Origin: Acidobacteriota bacterium
GTDB taxonomy: Bacteria; Acidobacteriota; UBA6911; JACQSX01
DNA length: 52,603 bases
Assembly: GCA_036507075.1 (NCBI GenBank)
Contig: DASXQR010000208.1
Span: 1 to 52,603, forward strand
Direction: 5' to 3'
In this document: piece after piece, positions 18,353 through 27,212 of the stretch
How the letters are laid out: every line of letters begins with the position of its first letter
Position numbering within the stretch: position 1 is the first letter of the stretch
The notes under the pieces: generated by a model
The model's input: only the letters and a program-made list of their open reading frames with translations
Told to the model about the DNA's origin: nothing
Databases searched by the model: none
Made by a program: the position numbers and the translations under genes

Positions 18353-19648
18353 TTAATTCCCCTGGGGCAAACCCACCCACTCACGAAAATTCCCCGAAAG
18401 CATCTGCCGGGCGTCTCGCTTAATCTCTTCCCGGGTCACGGGCCGTCCGTCCTCCAGCAGTTCGCTGTAGGCGGCAACCAGCGCTCCGGCAATAGAACGG
18501 CGCGCGTGCTTCCACTTGTAGATCAACTGGTCCAGGATGCGGGCATCGGAATGCTGGGCGACAAATCGGGTGCCCAGCAACTCAATGCGCTCGCTGCAGA
18601 TCTCGTGGACAATGGACGGATTATTGAGAAACCACCAGCAGCCAAAAGGTAGGAGGTTACTGAATTTGCGGGCCGCCACGCATAGTTCATGCTGATTCTC
18701 GCGGGAAAGCATGGTGATCAAAAAACGATTCTTCGGATTCTCGGAACAGATATTATGCACCGCAGTCATGTCGGCCCTGCCCAATCCGTCGCCGGCGGAC
18801 CGCAGAGCGCGATTCACGTTTCGTCGCACCCCTATCATCAGAGAAAGGGGCAGATCATGCTGCACGCACGCAGGCAGCACCACGTCGCGCAGTACCCAGG
18901 TTCGCGCCGAGTTGTCGGGATAAGCAAAGCTGTCAGGCAGGGAAACGGCCAGATACAGCGGCCCCATCCGCGCAATCCATTCATCCAGAAAACGCCGCAG
19001 CTCACTTGACGTTTCCGCGTCGATGCTGTCGCGGACCTTGTATCCCCGAGCCCCCAACTGGGGCGCCGCGGCGGTCCAGTCATTCAGGATCGGGTCGAGG
19101 CGAAGCGCGGCGTGAAAACGCGGGTCGACGGACAGGCCCTGATCCCACAGTTTGACTTCAGACTCGTCAAAGGGATCGTTTGTCATCACAATGTCGCTCA
19201 CATTGGAGAGTCGCAGCACCTGATCCAGATAGTTATCGAGATTCTGGCTCTTGAAAAAACCGCGCGCCTGCTGAAGATTTTTCGCGCGCGGATCCAGACC
19301 GAGCGTGGAGAGGACTGCCACCACTCCGCGTGTGGCCTCGGAGAGCGGCGTGTTCCTGACGAAAAGGGTCTCCCAGATCAGGTCGGCCTGCTCGGCTCTG
19401 CCGAGCTGCCAGTAGGTTTCCGCGCTGATGTCGAAAGAGCGAAAGAGCTCGGCGATCAGATAATGATAATTGAGCAGATTGTCGATGCCCCACAGGTTGA
19501 GGACCCCAAATTGCGGGGCAAATAAGTGGGTGTGCATGTCAGTGACCGGCGTCGCTTGGACGATCTCCTCTACTTGACGCTGGAGAAGCTCAGGGGTCGT
19601 AGTCAGATTTTCTTCCCGGGAAACCTTTACTTGATTCAACGTGGCCAT
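18353..19648 (-). CDS. uxaC: Uronate (glucuronate) isomerase, amidohydrolase superfamily, Bacillus halodurans-type subfamily
   Basis: DMHTH metal motif, YHYLIAE, TPLSEATRGV, MTNDPFD, FGCWWF, QHSDAR.L.QLIYKW.H. Confidence 0.85.
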   Translation of the reverse strand: MATLNQVKVSREENLTTTPELLQRQVEEIVQATPVTDMHTHLFAPQFGVLNLWGIDNLLNYHYLIAELFRSFDISAETYWQLGRAEQADLIWETLFVRNTPLSEATRGVVAVLSTLGLDPRAKNLQQARGFFKSQNLDNYLDQVLRLSNVSDIVMTNDPFDESEVKLWDQGLSVDPRFHAALRLDPILNDWTAAAPQLGARGYKVRDSIDAETSSELRRFLDEWIARMGPLYLAVSLPDSFAYPDNSARTWVLRDVVLPACVQHDLPLSLMIGVRRNVNRALRSAGDGLGRADMTAVHNICSENPKNRFLITMLSRENQHELCVAARKFSNLLPFGCWWFLNNPSIVHEICSERIELLGTRFVAQHSDARILDQLIYKWKHARRSIAGALVAAYSELLEDGRPVTREEIKRDARQMLSGNFREWVGLPQGN

Positions 19649-19700
19649 GGGGTGTTCTTATCGTATTTCTGTAATTTTTTCAACGCCTTGGAAGGGGAAA

Positions 19701-19869
19701 CCACGAAGGCACGAAGACACGAAGTTCTTAAACCCTCAACTAGAAGTAACGCTCTAGTAGAGCTAACACGCTGGCCGAGGTAACACTCCGGCAACAGCTA
19801 AAAGGAGCTTAATTAAGAAGTACCACTTTCAGTCTCAATCATGCCCTTCGTGTCTTAGTGCTTTCGTGG
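19701..19869. repeat. Inverted 8-mer-array (CACGAAGn) element with internal AGAAGT-like boxes
   Basis: Arms 19701-19724 and 19846-19869; degenerate boxes at 19742 and 19816. Confidence 0.85.
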
Positions 19870-19967
19870 GAAAGAGTTACAGGGTCGGACATCGATTCAC
19901 AAAGTTGATTTTTGCGGTACTGGAGCTAAAGTCAAATCGGGGGGTTTTTAGAATCGAGGTCGAATCT

Positions 19968-20621
19968 ATGCTGTTCAAGGATCGAACAGAAGCCGGACGA
20001 TTTTTGGCAGAGAAACTTCGGCGCTACCGATTTCAACCCGGCGTCATTGTCCTGGCCCTGCCCAGGGGCGGCGTGCCGGTAGCATTCGAAGTGGCGCGCG
20101 AGCTTGATGTGCCTCTGGACGTTTTTCTGGTGCGAAAACTGGGTGTACCCGGGCACGAAGAGCTGGCCATGGGCGCCATCGCATCAGGCGGCGTCCGTGT
20201 GGTGAACAACGACGTTGTTCAGTATCTCAGGATTCCCCCGGACGTCATCGACGCTGTTGCCGAGCGCGAACAGCAGGAGCTGCAACGTCGGGAACGCGCC
20301 TATCGCGGCAACAAGGCTCGCCTTTCCGTGGCGGGCAAGACCGTCATTCTGGTCGATGACGGCCTGGCAACCGGATCTACTATGCGCGCCGCGGCGCTCG
20401 CGTTGCGTCGCCAGAATCCCGCCCAACTGGTCGTCGCCGTTCCGGTCGCGTCGGCGTCGACTTGCCAGGAATTCAAGAGGGACGTCGATGAAATCATTTG
20501 CGCCCGCACGCCTGAACCGTTTGTGGCGGTCGGTTACTGGTACACGGATTTTTCACAAACTACCGACGAGCAGGTGCACGACTTGCTGGAAAAGGCCGAG
20601 CGGCAGCATGCGGAGCCGTGA
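19968..20621 (+). CDS. Phosphoribosyltransferase family protein
   Basis: [23 protein letters not shown] loop [20 protein letters not shown] before ATG 19968. Confidence 0.92.
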   Translation: MLFKDRTEAGRFLAEKLRRYRFQPGVIVLALPRGGVPVAFEVARELDVPLDVFLVRKLGVPGHEELAMGAIASGGVRVVNNDVVQYLRIPPDVIDAVAEREQQELQRRERAYRGNKARLSVAGKTVILVDDGLATGSTMRAAALALRRQNPAQLVVAVPVASASTCQEFKRDVDEIICARTPEPFVAVGYWYTDFSQTTDEQVHDLLEKAERQHAEP

Positions 20622-20632
20622 TCTCGTTTTTT

Positions 20633-20688
20633 TGCCACGAAGACACGAACACGCGAAGGGACAGGATTCAGCCAGAAGTGGCACTTCT
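20633..20688. repeat. Left arm of the 8-mer family plus perfect AGAAGTGGCACTTCT palindrome
   Basis: TGCCACGAAGACACGAACACGCGAAG, then the box at 20674-20688; no matching right arm found. Confidence 0.8.
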
Positions 20689-20826
20689 TAAGTAATTCCC
20701 TTGGCTGTTGCCAGAGCCAAGCCATGCGCGACTACCGCGCCGGAAAAACCAGGCGCAAGCCGTCACCCAGACGGTCGCGCGCCACATCTCGGGCACTAAA
20801 ACGCGAAGGACACAGCGCTGCCTCCC

Positions 20827-20841
20827 GCAAGGCACTTGCCA
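20827..20841 (-). promoter_or_regulatory. Possible sigma-54 -24/-12 promoter
   Basis: Minus strand reads TGGCAAGTGCCTTGC (GG-N10-GC); no obvious downstream gene. Confidence 0.35.
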
Positions 20842-20879
20842 GGCAGACCCGCTCGGTCGCCCGAAAACGGCCAAAATGA

Positions 20880-20907
20880 ACGTCTGATAAGTAATATTAT
20901 GTCAAGT
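20880..20907 (+). other. dif-like XerC/XerD recombination site
   Basis: ACGTCTGATAA-GTAATA-TTATGTCAAGT has the 11-6-11 layout; the right arm matches the E. coli XerD arm TTATGTTAAAT at 9/11. It lies in a ~600-bp gene-free, AT-richer gap. Confidence 0.75.
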
Positions 20908-21104
20908 TTTGCGATAATGCGGTTGTTTTCTGAAAAAATCTTTCGCTGCTGAGCTTGACGAAGAACTTGATCTTTTGTTAACTGAGATATCATCGTCAAC
21001 CCTCGTGGGTTCTGCGATACTCGCTTTGTTGCTCTTGCAGCAGCAATCCGATTTGGGGTGTGGGTTCAATTCTACGAACTTTGAGCCCACCCCCCACAAA
21101 TTGC

Positions 21105-21216
21105 CCACAAAGGCTTAGGGCGGCGAAGCCGCAACCAAAAGTCAAGGAGAGACGGCCTGAGGGTCGTCTCTCTGCGGTGTACTGGCTAGCTGAGACGACC
21201 CTCAGGCCGTCTCTCC
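21105..21216. repeat. CCACAAAG arm + GCGGCGAAGCCGCAACCAAA hairpin + 25-bp perfect inverted repeat
   Basis: 21146-21170 pairs exactly with 21192-21216. A further imperfect hairpin lies at about 21051-21101. Confidence 0.85.
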
Positions 21217-21232
21217 GCTCCCGAGGAATGGT

Positions 21233-21715
21233 TTACATCTTGTAGCCTAGATCCTCCGGATTGAGGTTCTCCAGCCACTTGCGAACATCCTCGGGATCGA
21301 GCTTTTCTTTGGTCAAGGCAAGGTTTTTCGAATTAGCGATCACAGTTTCCGAGACATAAATAGGAGAATCCGTGCGTAAGGCCAGGGCGATTGCGTCGCT
21401 GGGACGGGAATCGACCGTGACCGATTCCCCATTCAGACGCAAATGGATGAGGGCGTAAAAGGTGTTATCTTTCAGCTCGGTCACCACAATTTTCTCAACT
21501 TCCGCGTTGAGCTGCATCAGCACATTCTTGAGCAGATCATGGGTCATCGGCCTGGGCGTGTCCACCCGCTCAATCTGCAGCGCGATGGCGTTTGCTTCGA
21601 AGATTCCCACCCAGATGGGCAGCAGCGTCCCATTCTCCACGTTCTGAAGAATCACAATCGGAGAATTCGTAAGAGGATCCATCATTAAACCCTTGATCTT
21701 GAATTCCTTGTCCAT
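21233..21715 (-). CDS. Bifunctional nuclease (DUF151) family protein
   Basis: LPIWVG.FEA.AIA, PRPMTHDL, VDSRPSDAIALALR. Confidence 0.93.
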   Translation of the reverse strand: MDKEFKIKGLMMDPLTNSPIVILQNVENGTLLPIWVGIFEANAIALQIERVDTPRPMTHDLLKNVLMQLNAEVEKIVVTELKDNTFYALIHLRLNGESVTVDSRPSDAIALALRTDSPIYVSETVIANSKNLALTKEKLDPEDVRKWLENLNPEDLGYKM

Positions 21716-21723
21716 AAGACTCC

Positions 21724-23040
21724 TCAGATCGGCTGCCCCTGCAGGCTGTTTGCTCCGCAGCCGGTAATTCGCACCTTAATGAATTGGCCTGCGGATGCGG
21801 CCTCCGACTCAAAATTGACGATCTTGTTGGCTGTGGTGCGACCAAATCGCTTTCGTCCGTCGCGCGCTGTTCCCTCAACCAGGATTTCTTCCGCGGAACC
21901 CACCATATGACTGTGATGGTGCATCTGAATGCGTTGTTGCATCGACTGCAGTTTCGCCAGGCGGGATTCCTTTGCCGGTTCGGGCACTCCTTCACGAGCG
22001 TCCAGCTTCAGCGCAGGAGTGTTAGGTCTGGGCGAGTATTTGAAGGAAAAAATTGAGTCGTACTGAACACGATCCACAAGCTCCAGCGTTTCTTCAAAAT
22101 CCTGGTCGGTCTCACCCGGAAAACCCACGATGACGTCAGTGGAAAGCGCTATCTGCCTGGTTAAAGCTTTCAATGAATCGATTATCTTTAAGTATTTGTC
22201 AACATTATATAATCGCTTCATGCGCCGAAGCACCCGATCCGAGCCCGACTGCACGGGCAGGTGGATCCAGTTGCACAAAGTCGGGGTTTCTTCAAGCGCC
22301 GTCATGATGTCGGAACTAAAATCTGCGGGATGGTTCGTTGTAAAACGAACGCGCCGGATTCCGGGAACTTTCCCTACCGCCTTGAGCAGCTCGGCAAAGC
22401 TCCACTGCCGGGGTGACGGGTCTTTGTAACTGTTGACGTTCTGCCCGAGGAGAAGAACTTCCACAAAACCCGCATCAGCCAGCCGGTAGATTTCATCCAA
22501 AATGTTCTGGCTGGGCCGATAACGCTCAGGTCCTCGAGTGTAAGGCACCACACAGAAGGTGCAAAACTTGTTGCAGCCTTCCATAATTGTCACGTTCGCG
22601 CGGAAGCCGTTCTCCCTGAGAGCCGCGTCAATCTCGACCGGTTTGGGATCATCCATCGGCTCGGTGCGCACCACAGGCACGCGGTCCGAAATGATCTGTT
22701 CCAGGATGTGGGGAATCTCGTGGTAACGGTGCGTTCCCACCACCATGTCGACAAAAGGAGCCTTGCGGATAAAGTCGGTTCCCTCCTGTTGCGCAACGCA
22801 GCCCATCACACCGATCACAAATCCGGGTCGTTGCTGCTTGATAGGACGGAATTCTCCCAGCCGGCTGTAAACCTTCTGTTCCGCTTTGTCGCGGATGCTG
22901 CAGGTGTTGATTAAGAATACATCCGCCGATTCGGCAGATTCAGCTTTCCTGAGACCGCGGCTGGCCAGCAATCCGGCGACCTTCTCCGAGTCATGGACAT
23001 TCATCTGGCATCCGTGCGTCTCGATGTAGAAGGTCTTCAT
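21724..23040 (-). CDS. miaB: tRNA i6A37 methylthiotransferase
   Basis: GCQMNVHDSE, NTCSIR, EGCNKFCTFC, LLGQNVNSY, C-terminal TRAM domain. Confidence 0.95.
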   Translation of the reverse strand: MKTFYIETHGCQMNVHDSEKVAGLLASRGLRKAESAESADVFLINTCSIRDKAEQKVYSRLGEFRPIKQQRPGFVIGVMGCVAQQEGTDFIRKAPFVDMVVGTHRYHEIPHILEQIISDRVPVVRTEPMDDPKPVEIDAALRENGFRANVTIMEGCNKFCTFCVVPYTRGPERYRPSQNILDEIYRLADAGFVEVLLLGQNVNSYKDPSPRQWSFAELLKAVGKVPGIRRVRFTTNHPADFSSDIMTALEETPTLCNWIHLPVQSGSDRVLRRMKRLYNVDKYLKIIDSLKALTRQIALSTDVIVGFPGETDQDFEETLELVDRVQYDSIFSFKYSPRPNTPALKLDAREGVPEPAKESRLAKLQSMQQRIQMHHHSHMVGSAEEILVEGTARDGRKRFGRTTANKIVNFESEAASAGQFIKVRITGCGANSLQGQPI

Positions 23041-23081
23041 CTTTTCCCAAGTGTCGCGAAATCGCGAGCTCTAATTCAGGC

Positions 23082-23135
23082 GCAGAGACGCGGCATGCCG
23101 CGTCGAAGCTCTGACGCGACATGTCGCGTCTCTAC
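23082..23135. repeat. GTAG-type REP doublet
   Basis: GCAGAGACGCGGCATGCCGCGTC-n8-GACGCGACATGTCGCGTCTCTAC; second copy at 43041-43094. Confidence 0.85.
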
Positions 23136-23196
23136 ATGGCGCCGCGAAGCGGCGCTGGGGCTTTCAGCCCTGTCTGCATCTTACGCCAGCTAACGG

Positions 23197-24909
23197 TTAA
23201 TTCACAAGGCGGGGCGAGGAGCGTGAAATGAGACTGCGGGCGTGATCGAGGGCCGACTTCCCTACCTGGGAGCCCGCCAGCATGCGCGCCACTTCCTGAA
23301 GCTTTCCTTCGGCATTCAATCGCGTGGCGGTCACAACCGTTCGCCCCTTTACAACCTCCTTCTCAACACAGTAGTGCACATCACCGAATGCGGCGATCTG
23401 AGGCAGGTGCGTGATGCAGAAGACTTGATGCCGGGCCGCCAGCCTCTTCAGTTTTTCTCCCACGGTTTCGGCCACGCGGCCTCCGATTCCCGCATCTACT
23501 TCGTCGAAGACGAGCACCTCGGTGCCGGAACCATGCAGCAGGCTCTTCAGGCCCAGCATCAGCCTGGACAATTCCCCTCCCGATGCGATGCGTGCAAGCG
23601 GGCGGGGCTGCTCGCCGGTATTTGCGGAGATCAAGAATTCCACGCGGTCATACCCTTTTGAGGAAGCCTCTGCGCGCCGCAGATCGACTAGAAATCGAGC
23701 TCGCTCCATGGCCAGAGACTTTAAGTCATGTTCCAGTTCTTTCTGCAGCCTGGCGGCAGCTTTCTTGCGTTTCTGCGAGAGCTGCTCGGCCCGCCGCTCG
23801 AATTCGTTCTGCGCCCGGCCATGTTCGGCCTTCAATTTTTCCCGGCTCGCTTCCCAGTTCGCCAACTGGCCGGATTCGACGCGCGCGCCCGCCAGCAAAT
23901 CCAGGATCTCGGCTATTGAGTTCCCGTATTTTTTCTTCAAGCGATCGATCCTTTCCAGCCGCAATTCGATCTGCTGAAGACGGGAGGGATCAAAATCGAT
24001 GGCCTGGGAGTAATCGCGCATCTGATAGGCCAGATCCTCCAAAGAATAGCGGGCATTCCCGGCGGCAGATTCAAGAGGCGCCAGCTTCGGATCGATGGAA
24101 GCCAGTCGCTGCAGGTTCTTGATGGAGCGTGCCAGCAGCGAGAGCGCGCTGTCGTCGGTGTTGTACAACCACTCGAAAATCTCGCCGCTCAATCGCAGCA
24201 GCTCTTCGCCGTGCGTGAGCAGATTCTTCTCCCTCAAAAGCTGTTCTTCTTCACCCGGTTCGAGCCGCAGTTCTTCGATTTCCCTGATCTGGAACTGAAG
24301 GAAATCGAGCCGCTGCAGGCGTTCCGCTTCCGCAAGGGTGACCGAGCGTAGTTTTTCCTCCAGCTCCTTCATTCCGGCAAAGGCTGCTCTGACTTCTGCA
24401 CAATCCTTGCCGTGGCCGCCGAACTGGTCCAGCAGGTCGACATGCAGGCCCGTCATCTGCAGCAGTTGCTGATCCTGCTGTCCATGAATGTCGGCCAGCA
24501 ACGGCGCGAGTTCCTGCAGAAAGCCGATCGTCACGGGCGATTGGTTGATCCAGGCGCGGCTTTTGCCGCTGGTTGTGATTTCCCGCCGGAAGATCACCAG
24601 GGAGGATTCAACCGTCGCGGCGGATTTCGAATTCGATCCGATCTGCGCCGGCTCGACCTCGATCCCAGACTCTAGAAGTCGCCGGCAGAGGAGCGCGGGA
24701 GCGTCCATTTCAGCCTCGACACGGGCCGCTTCGGCCCCGGACCGGATGATTTCGGTGCTGCCGCGTCGGCCCAGGATAAAGCCGAGCGAATCCACGATGA
24801 TTGACTTGCCCGATCCGGTCTCTCCGGTTAAAAGATTTAAACCTTCGCCAAATTCCAGCGTTAAGTCATCTATTAGGGCAAGGTTTTGAATGCGAAGCGA
24901 TCTAAGCAT
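23197..24909 (-). CDS. recN: DNA repair protein RecN
   Basis: MLRSLRIQN.ALID, LTGETGSGKS, IHGQ, ASGGELSR, FDEVDAGIGG, ITHLPQIAA. The upstream extension in the ORF track is translated repeat. Confidence 0.96.
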   Translation of the reverse strand: MLRSLRIQNLALIDDLTLEFGEGLNLLTGETGSGKSIIVDSLGFILGRRGSTEIIRSGAEAARVEAEMDAPALLCRRLLESGIEVEPAQIGSNSKSAATVESSLVIFRREITTSGKSRAWINQSPVTIGFLQELAPLLADIHGQQDQQLLQMTGLHVDLLDQFGGHGKDCAEVRAAFAGMKELEEKLRSVTLAEAERLQRLDFLQFQIREIEELRLEPGEEEQLLREKNLLTHGEELLRLSGEIFEWLYNTDDSALSLLARSIKNLQRLASIDPKLAPLESAAGNARYSLEDLAYQMRDYSQAIDFDPSRLQQIELRLERIDRLKKKYGNSIAEILDLLAGARVESGQLANWEASREKLKAEHGRAQNEFERRAEQLSQKRKKAAARLQKELEHDLKSLAMERARFLVDLRRAEASSKGYDRVEFLISANTGEQPRPLARIASGGELSRLMLGLKSLLHGSGTEVLVFDEVDAGIGGRVAETVGEKLKRLAARHQVFCITHLPQIAAFGDVHYCVEKEVVKGRTVVTATRLNAEGKLQEVARMLAGSQVGKSALDHARSLISRSSPRLVN

Positions 24910-25036
24910 TTCAGGAAGTTTAACAATGTCATCGCTCTTGCGCCACGGTGAACGAACGTGCACAATCAGATTAGTGCAGAGCAGGCCGAGGCTTCGAAGT
25001 ATGGCGATGGGACAGACCATCGAGATTTCTCTCGCA

Positions 25037-25143
25037 GAATGCGGAATGGGGAATGCGGAATGCGGAATACAGAATGCAGCCACAAAACTGCTTGCCGACA
25101 GATCATTAATTCCGCATTCCGCATTCCCAAATCCGCATTTGAA
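25037..25143. repeat. Inverted (GAATGCG)n / (CGCATTC)n heptamer arrays in the recN-tolQ divergent region
   Basis: About 6 degenerate heptamers, a short spacer, then about 4 complementary heptamers. Confidence 0.9.
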
Positions 25144-25181
25144 TTCCCTATCTTTGTGACGAGCCACGACAAGGAGGCTTA

Positions 25182-25919
25182 TTGCCGATTTTTCTGAGCT
25201 TGCAGGCCGGCAGCGGGGGTCTGTGGTACCTGATGCTTCACTCCGGGATTATCGCCAAGATTGTTTTGCTCATCCTGCTCGGGTTTTCCATTCTGAGTTG
25301 GGGAATCATGCTGAACAAATGGCTCACCTTCAGGAAAGTGAGCCGGCAAAGCCAGAAGTTTTACACCTTCTTCAGAAAAAGCCAGCGCCTGGGCGATGTT
25401 TATAACTTCCTGGACCGCTATCCTTTTTCTCCGCTGGCTGGAGTTTTCCGCGGCGGCTATGAGGAGCTGCAGGCCCAGATTCGCGCCGCCCAGTCCATCG
25501 AACAGGCACCCACCCAGTCGATCGCGGGGCGGCCTCGCATCCGCAGCATTCTGTCCGTCCAGCGAGCGCTTCAAAAGTCGGCGGTGGCGGAAATGACCGC
25601 ACTGGAAAACTCTTTGAGCTGGCTGGCTACGACCGGCGCGGTCACTCCATTTATCGGACTTTTCGGAACGGTGGTGGGAATCATCGACGCGTTTGAGGGA
25701 CTGGGAAGCAGCACCAGTACGACCATACAGGCCGTTGCGCCCGGAATCAGTGAGGCGCTGATCACCACGGCCGCCGGGCTGTTTGCCGCCATCCCGGCCG
25801 TGATCGGTTATAACCAGTTGCTGCAGCGCCTGAAGGTATTCGCAGCCGAGCTGGATGATTTTGTGATGGAGGTTCTAAATCTGGTGGAGCGCACCTTTTC
25901 TGTAGGTCCTTCGGATTAA
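25182..25919 (+). CDS. tolQ: TolQ (MotA/TolQ/ExbB family)
   Basis: LATTG..TPFIGLFGTV.GI, VAPGISEAL.TTA.GL..AIPA; first gene of the tol-pal cluster; AAGGAGG before TTG. Confidence 0.92.
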   Translation: MPIFLSLQAGSGGLWYLMLHSGIIAKIVLLILLGFSILSWGIMLNKWLTFRKVSRQSQKFYTFFRKSQRLGDVYNFLDRYPFSPLAGVFRGGYEELQAQIRAAQSIEQAPTQSIAGRPRIRSILSVQRALQKSAVAEMTALENSLSWLATTGAVTPFIGLFGTVVGIIDAFEGLGSSTSTTIQAVAPGISEALITTAAGLFAAIPAVIGYNQLLQRLKVFAAELDDFVMEVLNLVERTFSVGPSD

Positions 25920-25920
25920 C

Positions 25921-26343
25921 ATGGCCCTTAAAACGTCGTCGGGCAGGGTCGCCACTTCCCTTTCGGAAATCAACGTAACACCGCTGGTCGATGTGGTGCT
26001 GGTGCTGCTGATTATCTTCATGGTCACCGCCCCCATTCTTCAGACAGGAATCGATGTCAATCTGCCCGAGACGCGGACGGTGGCCGAAGTCGATCCGTCC
26101 AGCCGCGCCGTGATTTCCATCAGCGCCGACGATCTGCTTTATTTCCGCTCCGATCCGGTGAATTACAATCAATTGCCCGGATTGCTCGCCCGGGAATTGC
26201 CCGACAAGTCAAAGTCGATCTACTTACGCGCCGACCGCAACGTGAAATGGAAAACCGTGGTCTCCGTTTTTGACCAGTTGCGCGTTTCCGGGTATCGAAA
26301 CATCCAGGTTGTGACCAAGGTCTGGAAATCACAGCAGCCATGA
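25921..26343 (+). CDS. tolR: TolR (ExbD/TolR family)
   Basis: SEINVTPLVDVVLVLLIIFMVTAP. Confidence 0.92.
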   Translation: MALKTSSGRVATSLSEINVTPLVDVVLVLLIIFMVTAPILQTGIDVNLPETRTVAEVDPSSRAVISISADDLLYFRSDPVNYNQLPGLLARELPDKSKSIYLRADRNVKWKTVVSVFDQLRVSGYRNIQVVTKVWKSQQP

Positions 26344-27212
26344 AATCAAGCGTCCTCACAGCCCATGTGCACCCGCCGGCGCTCAATCGCGCCGTGCTCG
26401 GTTCTGTCGCGCTGCACCTGCTGCTGGCTCTGGTTGTGTGGGCCGCTTCCTTCTGGATGAAGCCGGAAGTTCTGCTTCTTGCAAGCGGCACAGGCGGAGG
26501 CCAGGGAGGAGAAACCGTGCGTGTCGCACTGACCGGCGCTCTGGATGGAGGATCCGGGGAACTGTTCAAGCCTTCACTGACGCCGCAGCCGCCCGTCGTC
26601 CCTGCTCCGGAGCCGGCCCTGCAGAAAGCGGCAGAAGCCGAGCCTCGAAAGGAGGATTTTCAGGAGGCCTCCAAACAACCGCCGAAGACAAGAACAGAAA
26701 AACAGGCCCGCCCGGAGACCACGTCCCGAACGCCTGCCGCTCCCGAGGTTTCAAAACCCGTGGCTGAAAAGAAAACCATGGAGACCGCAGCCAACCAGAT
26801 CCCGCGCGAGACCGGTCCCGGGGCCGGCGGAGCAGGACCGGCGGCCGGCGCCGGCGGGAGGTTTGGGGGAGGCCAGGGAGTGCGCATTGGTTCGGGATCC
26901 GGCAGCGAAGGATTGATGAATTCCTGGTATGCGCGACAGGTGGAGAAGAGAATCGGCGAAAACTGGCTGCGCACCAATTTTGCTTCGCTTGCAGGCCAGC
27001 GCCTGACAACCGTGATCCGTTTTGACATTCTTCCGGACGGCCGCATTGACAACGTATCGGTGGAGCAGCGCAGCGGCGTGACATTTTATGATTTGGCCGC
27101 AGAGCGGGCGATTCGCTCTTCCAATCCCCTGCCCCGGCCTCCCGCCGAATTTCAGGGTCGCGCTGTCCGGTTTGTTTCCTATTTCGAATACCCGCCGGGA
27201 CAGGGGATTTAA
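26340..27212 (+). CDS. tolA: TolA/TonB-like energy transducer
   Basis: N-terminal TM with S...H, Pro/Lys/Ala linker, TonB_C-like end (SG...YD.AA.RAI....PLP.PP); lies between tolR and tolB. Confidence 0.8.
   Translation: MKSSVLTAHVHPPALNRAVLGSVALHLLLALVVWAASFWMKPEVLLLASGTGGGQGGETVRVALTGALDGGSGELFKPSLTPQPPVVPAPEPALQKAAEAEPRKEDFQEASKQPPKTRTEKQARPETTSRTPAAPEVSKPVAEKKTMETAANQIPRETGPGAGGAGPAAGAGGRFGGGQGVRIGSGSGSEGLMNSWYARQVEKRIGENWLRTNFASLAGQRLTTVIRFDILPDGRIDNVSVEQRSGVTFYDLAAERAIRSSNPLPRPPAEFQGRAVRFVSYFEYPPGQGI

Noticed and set aside
24910..25197. N-terminal extension of RecN and short ORFs with SAFRIP/MRNAE peptides (also 50411-50750)
   Set aside because: These are translations of the GAATGCG heptamer arrays; RecN homology starts at 24909.
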